51,842 nt of DNA from Patescibacteria group bacterium (GCA_018818265.1 JAHISN010000078.1:1-51842); one strand, 5' to 3'. Shown: positions 1-7,436, counted from the stretch's first letter. Notes: a model not told the origin generated them from the sequence alone. Made by a program: numbers and translations.

Positions 1-15
1 AGAGGCAAATATCGC

Positions 16-466
16 ATGTCGTCAGCACGTTTAAAAAATTGGAATTATGCAAATAATGGCTACTATTTCACAACCATTTGCGTCCAAAATAGGGGTGGAA
101 TTGGGTGAATTTGTGGTTATGCCCAACCATATTCACGGAATCGTTATTATCAATAATCCCCCGGTGCGGTCGCAATGGAATAATGTAAATAATGTAGAGA
201 CGCAAAATCTTGCGTCTCTACGAAAACGAAAACAACAACCGGGCAACCAATTCGGCCCCCAATCACGAAATTTAGGATCAATTGTCCGCGGATTTAAAAT
301 CGGGGTTAAAAAATGGACAACCATAAACAATGTTGATTTTGCATGGCAACCTAGATATTATGACCATATCATTCGCAATGAGAAATCGTTAAATCATATT
401 CGTCAATATATTACTGAAAATCCCGCAAAATGGGCAGAAGACCGTAACAATCCTGAAAATTTATAG
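16..466 (+). pseudogene. RAYT-like (REP-associated) IS200/IS605-family Y1/HUH transposase, disrupted by an internal deletion plus frameshift
   Basis: Frame 1 from ATG 16 reads MSSARLKNWNYANNGYYFTTICVQNR and stops at 106-108. Frame 2 continues from about 95 with VELGEFVVMPNHIHGIV (HUH motif) and ends WQPRYYDHIIRNEKSLNHIRQYITENPAKW (Tyr helix). The segment normally lying between the two blocks is missing. Confidence 0.6.
194..221 (+). repeat. GTAG-headed perfect palindrome (12-bp stem, 4-nt loop) embedded in the RAYT-like ORF
   Basis: GTAGAGACGCAA-AATC-TTGCGTCTCTAC read directly. It encodes NVETQNLASLR between the HUH and Tyr motifs. Confidence 0.85.
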
Positions 467-473
467 TGAAAAC

Positions 474-1475
474 ATGACCAAACTCACTCAACCGCCAAAC
501 AACCAAATTATCATCTACCAAACTGAGGATGGGCAGGCAAAAATTGAGGTCCGCTTTGAAAAAGAAACTGTCTGGCTCACTCAGGATCAAATGGCGGAGC
601 TTTTTGACAAGGCAAAATCTACAATAAACGAACACATACAAAATATTTATGACGAAAAAGAGCTTGTTGCAAGCCAAACAATGAGAAAATTCGGAATTTC
701 CGAATTTTCTACCAAACCCACCAATTACTATCACCTTGATGTGATTATTTCGGTAGGATATCGCGTTAAATCTCAAAGAGGCACTCAATTTCGCATCTGG
801 GCGACTAAACGTCTTCGCGACTATATTATCAAGGGCTTTGCGCTAGATGATGAACGAATGAAACAGGGCGGGCAGCGCGCACGCTATTTTGAAGAACTGC
901 TTCAGCGAGTCCGCGATATTCGCTCTAGCGAGCGCAATTTCTATCAAAAAGTAACCGATATTTACGCCACTAGTATAGACTACAGAAAAGACGACAAGTT
1001 AACCAAAGAATTTTTCGCCACGGTACAGAATAAGATGCACTATGCCGTGCATGGACACACTGCCGCAGAGATTGTTGCTGGACGCGCCGACAGCGCAAGG
1101 CTGATGATGGGGCTAACAAATTTTAAGGGGAAATATATTACTACCGGCGACACAAAAATCGCTAAAAATTATCTTTCCGAAAAAGAGCTTCATCAACTGA
1201 ATTTAATTGTTTCTCTTTATCTGGACTTTGCTGAACTGCAAGCAACAAGCGAGCAACCGATGAGAATGAATGGCTGGGTAGCAAAACTGGATGATTTTTT
1301 ACAATTAAGCGAGAAAAAACTCTTAACCCACGCCGGAAAGGTTAGTGCGAAGACAGCAAGTAGAAAAGCGGAAGTGGAATTTGTTAAGTATAGAAAAAAG
1401 CAGGATAAACAATATATCTCCGATTTTGACCGAGTTGCCACAAAACTATTAAAGAAAGGTAAAAAACAGACATGA
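474..1475 (+). CDS. RhuM family protein
   Basis: The N-terminus IIIYQTEDGQAKIEVRFEKETVWLTQDQMAELF and the block YHLDVIISVGYRVKSQRGTQFRIWATKRLRDYIIKGF are typical of RhuM-family proteins. Confidence 0.8.
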   Translation: MTKLTQPPNNQIIIYQTEDGQAKIEVRFEKETVWLTQDQMAELFDKAKSTINEHIQNIYDEKELVASQTMRKFGISEFSTKPTNYYHLDVIISVGYRVKSQRGTQFRIWATKRLRDYIIKGFALDDERMKQGGQRARYFEELLQRVRDIRSSERNFYQKVTDIYATSIDYRKDDKLTKEFFATVQNKMHYAVHGHTAAEIVAGRADSARLMMGLTNFKGKYITTGDTKIAKNYLSEKELHQLNLIVSLYLDFAELQATSEQPMRMNGWVAKLDDFLQLSEKKLLTHAGKVSAKTASRKAEVEFVKYRKKQDKQYISDFDRVATKLLKKGKKQT

Positions 1476-2674
1476 CCACACAAATTAAATGTCCCCACTG
1501 CAATAAGCTGTTTGAGCCGACGGAGGCATATAAGCATGAGCTGGAGGAGAGATTGCTTAGTGAAGCTCAAGCAAAGCATCAAAAAGAGGTTGAACAGCTA
1601 AAGCGCGAGAAACAGGAACTTACTCAGTCCAAAGAAAAAGAGATTGAGGAAGTTAAGAGAAAAACCGCGGAAACTGTCCGTAAAGAGGCTGGAGATAAAA
1701 TTAGGCGAGAATTGGAAACTAGAATCACTTCAACACAGGAAGAGGCGGAAGCTCGCGAGAAACAAAATAAAGAACTTCAAGATCAACTTAAAGATATGTT
1801 CAAGCAGATGCGCGGGCTTAAAGACGAAAAAGATAAACTGTCTATTGAGTACGAAAAGAAGTTATTGGAAGACCAAGATAAAATCAAACAGGCTGCCAAA
1901 GAAGAGGTTCGAGAGGAATTGGATATGAAAATAGCTGAAAAGGATAAGAAATTGAACGATGCTCTCAAGGCTAATGAAGAGTTACGCCGTAAATTGGAGC
2001 AAGGCTCTCAGCAACTTCAAGGCGAAGTGCAAGAATTAAAATTGGAAGAATTATTAAAAGAGGCATTCCCTTTTGACGAGATTAAGGAAGTGCCAAAAGG
2101 TGTCAGCGGCGCCGACACTCTCCAGATAGTCCGTACCCAGACAGGTGTTGCTTGTGGTGCTATCCTTTGGGAATCTAAACGAACAAAAAACTGGTCGCCC
2201 GGCTGGATACAAAAACTTAAGGAAGATCAACGAGCGATTAAGGCGGAATTAGCGGTGCTAGTATCGACAGCTTTGCCTCAAAGCGTCCGTTCTTTCGGGA
2301 TGATAGAGTCTGTATTTGTAACTGATTTATCGTCTGCTTTGAATGTTGCGCATCTACTAAGGCTGCAACTGATGAAAGTACACTCGGCTTATGTGGCAAA
2401 CAGCAATAAAGCAACAAAGGCGGAGGTGGTCTATAACTACCTTATTAGCAATGAGTTTACGCAGAGGATTGAAGTTTGGGTTGAGTATTTTAGGAATCGG
2501 CAGGAAAAGCTAAATAAAGAACGCGTTTATTTCAACAAAAAATGGCAAGAAGAAGAAAAGAATATACAAAAAGTAATTGCAAACACAGCGGGGATTTATG
2601 GCGATTTGCAGGGTTTGATAGGAAATGCTTTGCCAAAAGTGAGCTATCTTGAATTACCAGATTCTACAGATTAA
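1472..2674 (+). CDS. DUF2130-type protein (CxxC N-terminus, long E/K coiled coil, C-terminal PD-(D/E)xK-like core)
   Basis: MTTQIKCPHCNKLFEP is followed by about 170 aa of E/K-rich heptad-like sequence. The C-terminal part carries GADTL...ILWESKRTKNWS, a D...ExK pattern. ATGA overlap with the upstream gene. Confidence 0.7.
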   Translation: MTTQIKCPHCNKLFEPTEAYKHELEERLLSEAQAKHQKEVEQLKREKQELTQSKEKEIEEVKRKTAETVRKEAGDKIRRELETRITSTQEEAEAREKQNKELQDQLKDMFKQMRGLKDEKDKLSIEYEKKLLEDQDKIKQAAKEEVREELDMKIAEKDKKLNDALKANEELRRKLEQGSQQLQGEVQELKLEELLKEAFPFDEIKEVPKGVSGADTLQIVRTQTGVACGAILWESKRTKNWSPGWIQKLKEDQRAIKAELAVLVSTALPQSVRSFGMIESVFVTDLSSALNVAHLLRLQLMKVHSAYVANSNKATKAEVVYNYLISNEFTQRIEVWVEYFRNRQEKLNKERVYFNKKWQEEEKNIQKVIANTAGIYGDLQGLIGNALPKVSYLELPDSTD

Positions 2675-2782
2675 AAATGAAGCCGCGGGATTACTCGCCT
2701 CGTTTCGATCGAGCTCGCCTCGCTTCGCGGGTCGAAGCGGGTCTAGACGGGCGGACGGGGCTCCGCCACGTGGCAAGATTTT

Positions 2783-2871
2783 AACTTTTTCCGCCAGAGG
2801 CGGACCAGCCTTTGGCTGGAACTCTCAACTTTTTCCGCCAGAGGCGGATCAGCCCTTGGCTGAAACTTGAA
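2783..2871 (+). repeat. Two tandem copies of a double-hairpin module (TCCGCC-AGA-GGCGGA + YCAGCC-YTT-GGCTGR)
   Basis: Copy 1 is 2783-2826 and copy 2 is 2827-2871. Hairpin 2 differs by a compensatory pair (CCAGCC/GGCTGG vs TCAGCC/GGCTGA). Copy 2 is identical over 45 nt to 19264-19308. Confidence 0.9.
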
Positions 2872-2873
2872 CC

Positions 2874-3350
2874 ATGCCTGATTTATCAGTTCACCTACTC
2901 ACAACCTATATCGCCAATCACAAGCTCAAGTTGGAGCCGTATTTAGTTTTAGTCGGGGCAATGTTCCCCGATATTCTTGGGCGGGTTTTTATTGTGCTCT
3001 GGCCGCAAAATTATGTGCTGAATTGGGTATCTGTACTTCTGCATTCGCCCATACTGGTTTTATTAGGTGTATATTTAGCAGTAATGCTCTTTAGAGAATC
3101 GGAGCGAAAAGTCTGCTTTCTCGCCCTTAGCATCGGCGCTTTGGGACATCTTTTATTAGATATGCTACAGCGGCATTATCGGCCCTCCTATTATTGGTTT
3201 TTTCCCTTTACTTTTAGAACTTTTGAAATCCCCCTATTCTGGTCCGATGAATTTGTCCTCACAATTCCTTTCTGGTTTCTTCTGACTGTGCTAATTTGGC
3301 GCAGAACGCACCGGCAAAGTTTAGTACGCCGTCCGACAAATTTTGATTAG
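2874..3350 (+). CDS. Membrane-bound metal-dependent hydrolase-like protein (YdjM/DUF457-like)
   Basis: Polytopic hydrophobic protein carrying FPDILGR, LLHSPIL and GHLLLDML motifs. Confidence 0.5.
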   Translation: MPDLSVHLLTTYIANHKLKLEPYLVLVGAMFPDILGRVFIVLWPQNYVLNWVSVLLHSPILVLLGVYLAVMLFRESERKVCFLALSIGALGHLLLDMLQRHYRPSYYWFFPFTFRTFEIPLFWSDEFVLTIPFWFLLTVLIWRRTHRQSLVRRPTNFD

Positions 3351-3361
3351 TTAGCAGATGT

Positions 3362-3512
3362 TTGTAGCGGCGGCGCTTCCACGCGATGCCGCATGGCGTC
3401 GTAGCGCCGCGCCACGTCTGACGTGGCCGCGCCAGAAAGGGCCGCCTTCTTCGGATGCTAGGCTTCAGCCAGAGGCTGATCCGCCTTTGGCGGAAAAGCC
3501 TAGCCGCTACAA
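3362..3512. repeat. GC-rich composite REP-like element bounded by TTGTAGCGGC / GCCGCTACAA
   Basis: Left part is GTAG plus the imperfect palindrome GCGGCGCTTCCACGCGATGC-C-GCATGGCGTCGTAGCGCCGC. Middle part is GCCACGT-CTG-ACGTGGC. Right 56 nt (3457-3512) are identical to 46074-46129. Confidence 0.85.
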
Positions 3513-3673
3513 GCTACGGGCAAGTATTAGCCCTTACAGCCCCGGAGGGAAGAACTAATTTCTGCTATAATGACGGAATGGAGGGGTCGCATAGATGGTC
3601 CACTCGCCACGTCGCATGGCGTGGTTGCGCTGTTTTTGTTTGTTGGAGTATCGTGCCCGCCTGTGTTCACTGA

Positions 3674-3763
3674 GGAGGGGTGCCGGAGTGGTTTAACGGG
3701 CTGCTCTCGAAAAGCATGCGCCTCGCAAGGGGCACGAGAGTTCAAATCTCTCCCCCTCCGCCA
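3674..3763 (+). tRNA. tRNA-Ser (anticodon CGA), CCA encoded
   Basis: Acceptor stem GGAGGGG/CCCCTCC, anticodon loop CTCGAAA, long variable arm, T-arm GAGAG-TTCAAAT-CTCTC, discriminator G plus CCA. The backbone resembles what I recall of E. coli tRNA-Ser(CGA) (from memory, no alignment run). Confidence 0.85.
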
Positions 3764-3773
3764 GATAAAACTT

Positions 3774-3802
3774 GCAAAGGCTAATTAGAAGGCAGCCTTT
3801 GC
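3774..3802 (+). terminator. Hairpin downstream of tRNA-Ser (possible terminator)
   Basis: GCAAAGGCT-11 nt-AGCCTTTGC gives a 9-bp stem. The downstream T-tract is weak. Confidence 0.35.
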
Positions 3803-3804
3803 TT

Positions 3805-4070
3805 AGTTGCCTCTGGCCACGTTAGTCCCGAGCTTTGCGAGGGATTTTACCGTGGCCACCGCGTGTCAGACGTGGCTCCGCAAATTTAAACGCGATTTTG
3901 TCGCATTAAGCTGAGCCGCGCGAAACTCTCATCGCGATGAGCCGCGTTTAAATCCGTTGCACGGATTTATCACGCGGCCATAACTAGACCGTGGCCACCC
4001 TGCCACGCTATACACTACGCAATGCTGCATAGCGTTGGCATTGCGTAGCGCATGGCATCGTATTTTGCGA
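3805..4070. repeat. Cluster of GC-rich palindromes and REP-like fragments
   Basis: ACCGTGGCCACC occurs twice. ATTTAAACGCG...CGCGTTTAAAT is an 11-bp inverted repeat. AAATCCGT-TGC-ACGGATTT is a hairpin. CTACGCAATGC-12 nt-GCATTGCGTAG lies at 4015-4048. No credible ORF. Confidence 0.7.
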
Positions 4071-4158
4071 TTGGGCCAACTCGAGGTGGAGTTGTATATC
4101 GCGCGCGCCGCAACGTTAGCATAAATCGAAAAAAAAGGTATGTTAGAATGTCCAAAGC

Positions 4159-4737
4159 ATGAAGATCTTTTTTATTCGCCACGGGGAAGCCATGGACGAT
4201 ATAAATGATGAATATGGAGGATGGCACGATCCCGACCTTAGCCCAAAGGGATGGGTACAGGCCGTGGAGCTTGGTTTAAAGCTTAAGAGCAAAGGTCTTA
4301 AGCCGGATATTATTCTGACTTCTCCCCTTAAGAGAGCAGTTCAAACGGCTCAGGCTATTGGGGAAGTATTGAGCACAGAAGTGGAAGTATTTCAATATAT
4401 TAAAGAAAGAAACACTTACGGTTTACTTTGCGGTTTGAACAAAACCGAGGCAAAGGAAAATTATCCAGAGCTTGTGGAGGCATATGAACAAGACGAAGAG
4501 GTCCTTGGATATGAGTCTTACGAATTTGTTCTTAAAAGGATAAAAATAGCCCTCGAGAAAATCCAGCAGAGGACCGAACAAACGATTATTTGCGCAAGCC
4601 ACAGCAAGTTTCTAAAAGCTATGCTGGAAGAGATCTTCAATAAGTCAATTAAAGACATGAGCAAAAGCGCAATTATTGAGATTTTAGTCAAAGATAGCAA
4701 GCTGGAAATTGTTTCAATGGAGGGTGTAGAAGAATAA
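4159..4737 (+). CDS. Histidine phosphatase (phosphoglycerate mutase-like) family protein
   Basis: N-terminal MKIFFIRHGEA (RHG motif), SPLKRAVQTA, and a late SH motif. Confidence 0.8.
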   Translation: MKIFFIRHGEAMDDINDEYGGWHDPDLSPKGWVQAVELGLKLKSKGLKPDIILTSPLKRAVQTAQAIGEVLSTEVEVFQYIKERNTYGLLCGLNKTEAKENYPELVEAYEQDEEVLGYESYEFVLKRIKIALEKIQQRTEQTIICASHSKFLKAMLEEIFNKSIKDMSKSAIIEILVKDSKLEIVSMEGVEE

Positions 4738-4738
4738 A

Positions 4739-5284
4739 ATGGCAGTAAAAATTACTTATTTTGTCCACGGGACCACAACTGACAACGAACAGGGCATTTC
4801 TTCTGGCTGGTATGATGTAGAACTTTCCGAGCTGGGAATTGAGCACGCTCTCGCTAATAAGGCGGGTACCGAAGGAAAGCAATTTGATGCTGTTTTTTGT
4901 TCCGATCTAAAAAGAGCCGTTGTTTCAGCAGAGTTGGTTTTCAAAGATAAAGTCAAAATTATTCAAGATAAAAGATTGAGGGAGTGTAATTATGGAAAGT
5001 ATAATGCCCAACCTTCCGAAATTGTTGAACCTTTGCAAGAACAGGCTATTACACAGAGATTTCCCGAAGGCGAAAGCTATGAAGATGTAAAAAAACGAAT
5101 AGGTGAATTTCTTGATTTTTTGAAAGAAGATTATGATGGCAAATCAGTTGCAATTGTTGCCCATAAAGCTCCCCAGTTAGCGTTGGATGTTTTGCTTAAA
5201 GGCAAGACTTGGAAGCAAGCATTTGCAGATGATTGGAGAAAAAAGAAAGCATGGCAGCCCGGGTGGGAATATATTATTGAGTGA
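4739..5284 (+). CDS. Histidine phosphatase family paralog with a non-canonical VHG in place of RHG
   Basis: ITYFVHGTTTDN, SDLKRAVVSA, RLRECNYG, PEGESY and VAHKAP follow the family motif order, but the first Arg is Val. Confidence 0.65.
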   Translation: MAVKITYFVHGTTTDNEQGISSGWYDVELSELGIEHALANKAGTEGKQFDAVFCSDLKRAVVSAELVFKDKVKIIQDKRLRECNYGKYNAQPSEIVEPLQEQAITQRFPEGESYEDVKKRIGEFLDFLKEDYDGKSVAIVAHKAPQLALDVLLKGKTWKQAFADDWRKKKAWQPGWEYIIE

Positions 5285-5304
5285 AACTTCGCTCAATAAC
5301 GGAT

Positions 5305-5327
5305 CAGCCCGCCGATTAGGCGGGCTG
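5305..5327 (+). repeat. GC hairpin related to the double-hairpin module
   Basis: CAGCCCGCC-GATTA-GGCGGGCTG, preceded by GGAT as in GGCGGATCAGCCC. No T-tract follows. Confidence 0.6.
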
Positions 5328-5555
5328 GCATACTCCGCTTCAACTATCCGACACACTTTAGTCTTCAAGCATATCTTTAGCTAGCCAAGTGGACTTGGTG
5401 CCTCAGTTCGCCCCTTGGTCTATGCAAGGTAAATCACTGAACAGGTGGTGTGAATGTTCTGGCTTTCGAATGATAGAATACCAGGTGGCGGGACATCAAA
5501 TGCACACGCACGTTAGGCAAAGTTGCCTATTCTCTGAGGGTATAACACACTCGTT

Positions 5556-5966
5556 ATGAAAAAGGCAGTAAAGATCATACTAGTAAACAAAGATAATAAG
5601 GTACTCCTTCAACTAAGAGATGCACAGCATTCTCATTCTGGCAGTTGGTCATTATTTGGCGGCCACATCGACGAAGGCGAAACTCCCGCTGATGCTCTTA
5701 TTCGTGAAATAAAAGAAGAATTGAATCACGAACTAACTAACTTCCAATTCATTAAGAAAACTATGGTTGATACCTTTGGTGAAGTATATTGGTATCAGGG
5801 AATAATGAATGTTGGACTATCAGAATTAACATTAATTGAAGGAGATGACTTTAATTTTTTTACTTATGGTGAGTTATCTAAACTGAAAATCTCTCCTGAA
5901 TCTAAAAAAAGACTAATAGAATTTTTTGAAAAGGAGAATGCGGAGGCGCCACAGCCGCCACAGTAG
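5556..5966 (+). CDS. NUDIX hydrolase
   Basis: Nudix box GGHIDEGETPADALIREIKEELN. Confidence 0.85.
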   Translation: MKKAVKIILVNKDNKVLLQLRDAQHSHSGSWSLFGGHIDEGETPADALIREIKEELNHELTNFQFIKKTMVDTFGEVYWYQGIMNVGLSELTLIEGDDFNFFTYGELSKLKISPESKKRLIEFFEKENAEAPQPPQ

Positions 5967-6024
5967 GATACCCTACGTGGTTTCCTATAAGACCGTGGGG
6001 ATCCACAACTAAGAAACAGGAAAA

Positions 6025-6885
6025 ATGACAAATATTAAAGGTGTAATTTTAGACGTAGATGGAGTTATAGTTGGCGAAAAAATCGGCATTAATTCGCCTA
6101 ATCCCCATCCATCTGTTATAAAAAGACTTAAAGAATTGCACAAAAATGGCATAGGAATAAGTTTATGCACAGGAAAGCCTCACTTTGCAATTAGGCAAAT
6201 CATTAGTAACGCTCAGCTCAATAATTTACATATCACCGACGGTGGCGGAGTAATCATTAATCCAATTAATAATGTCATTATTAAAAAACATACAATAACC
6301 AGCGAGCTAGCTAGGCACGTCTTAAAGAAATACTTGGACAATAATGTTTATGTAGAATTTTATACCCCTAAGGGCTATTTTATTCAAAAAGATAAGGTAT
6401 CAAAAATTACAGAGGGCCACACACACGTCTTGCAACAAGAGCCAATTTTACTCGATAACCTGCCTAAAGATTCAGTTCCGCACGAGATTACAAAAATAAT
6501 GCCTATTGCCGAAAACGAAACAGATAAAGAGCGGGTCGCTAGCTTGTTCCAAGATTTTCGGGATAGATTAACACTAAGTTGGGGAGTTCATCCAGTTATA
6601 TTGCCTCTACAGTTTGGAATTATTACCGCGCCGGGGATATCCAAAAAGCAGGGCGCTATTAACATATCAGAAGCCTCTAAAATCTCTTTTGAGAATATGT
6701 TAGGAATTGGCGACAGCAAGAGTGACTGGCAGTTTATAGAATTATGTAAATATGCAGCCGCAATGGGTAATGCCAGTCTAGAACTTAAAGACCTTGTTTT
6801 AACAAAAGGCAAAGATTGTTCTTTTATCGGCCCATCAGTTGATGAACACGGAGTCTTGAAAATTCTGGACCATTTTTTGGGCTGA
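6025..6885 (+). CDS. HAD-superfamily hydrolase, Cof-like (subfamily IIB)
   Basis: Motif I ILDVDGV, a cap-domain-sized insert, and motif IV GIGDSKSDWQF. Confidence 0.75.
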   Translation: MTNIKGVILDVDGVIVGEKIGINSPNPHPSVIKRLKELHKNGIGISLCTGKPHFAIRQIISNAQLNNLHITDGGGVIINPINNVIIKKHTITSELARHVLKKYLDNNVYVEFYTPKGYFIQKDKVSKITEGHTHVLQQEPILLDNLPKDSVPHEITKIMPIAENETDKERVASLFQDFRDRLTLSWGVHPVILPLQFGIITAPGISKKQGAINISEASKISFENMLGIGDSKSDWQFIELCKYAAAMGNASLELKDLVLTKGKDCSFIGPSVDEHGVLKILDHFLG

Positions 6886-6927
6886 TTGATATCGAGTTAC
6901 CGCAAAACAAATTTACATAGTCCCTTG

Positions 6928-7032
6928 TTGTAGCGGTTGAAGAACACGATCCTTTCTAACGCGGCGCTGCGACGCCATGCGCTACGCAATGCTGCATAGC
7001 GTTGGCATCGCGTGGAAGCGCCGCCGCTACAA
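6928..7032. repeat. GC-rich composite REP-like element bounded by TTGTAGCGGT / GCCGCTACAA
   Basis: The right part is the reverse complement of the 3362-3415 palindrome and carries an extra 23-nt segment. A fragment of it recurs at 14307-14337. Confidence 0.8.
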
Positions 7033-7043
7033 GTATTCATAAA

Positions 7044-7066
7044 GCAGAATAAATTCTGCTATTACA
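7044..7066 (-). repeat. REP-like 23-nt hairpin (stem GCAGAAT)
   Basis: GCAGAAT-AA-ATTCTGC followed by TATTACA. Confidence 0.85.
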
Positions 7067-7099
7067 AGCAAGAAAGAATGGTATTTCCTGATTTTTCAC

Positions 7100-7339
7100 A
7101 TGAAATCTTTAATTCTCACCCTCATCCGTTTTCATCAACGACACTTATCTTCTTCCGCTCACTGGTTAGCTCGAAGTGTTGGCCTTAGTGAAGTAGGATG
7201 TCGGTTTACGCCGCGATGTTCCGAATATACCTATCAGGCCATAGAAAAATATGGCCTGATAAAGGGCGGCTGGCTGAGTTTTAAGCGTATCATCCGCTGC
7301 CATCCCTTTAGTCGCGGCGGCTATGACCCAGTCACGTAA
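7100..7339 (+). CDS. yidD: Membrane protein insertion efficiency factor YidD
   Basis: [45 protein letters not shown]. Confidence 0.9.
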   Translation: MKSLILTLIRFHQRHLSSSAHWLARSVGLSEVGCRFTPRCSEYTYQAIEKYGLIKGGWLSFKRIIRCHPFSRGGYDPVT

Positions 7340-7386
7340 AACGAAAATGTATATGGCCCTAATATAGCTACCCTGAATCAAATTCA

Positions 7387-7409
7387 TGTAGTAGCAGAAT
7401 TTATTCTGC
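7387..7409 (+). repeat. REP-like 23-nt hairpin (stem GCAGAAT)
   Basis: TGTAGTA followed by GCAGAAT-TT-ATTCTGC. Confidence 0.85.
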
Positions 7410-7436
7410 GTATATTAAGGGTTAATTGTTTGAATC

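Noticed and set aside
1644-1968. Alternative-frame ORFs (1644-1928 plus strand, 1783-1968 minus strand) within the DUF2130 gene.
   Set aside because: These are artefacts of the purine-rich, low-complexity coiled-coil coding region.
2649-2870. A 73-aa ORF, together with similar ORFs at 3358-3558, 3455-3673, 26426-26755 and 46014-46340, with translations such as PPEADQPLAE.
   Set aside because: These ORFs are read-throughs of GC-rich palindromic repeat clusters. The same DNA occurs in both orientations in intergenic positions, and there is no start context or protein-like composition.
3538-3556. CCCCGGAGGGAAGAAC resembles the conserved SRP RNA domain IV motif CCGGAAGGAAGCAGC.
   Set aside because: No complementary strand is present to form the helix 8 symmetric and asymmetric loops, and the flanks belong to repeat elements.
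3674-4158. An integrative element inserted at tRNA-Ser.
   Set aside because: There is no integrase or recombinase gene, I found no direct repeat of the tRNA 3' end, and the adjacent DNA is short palindromic repeats only.
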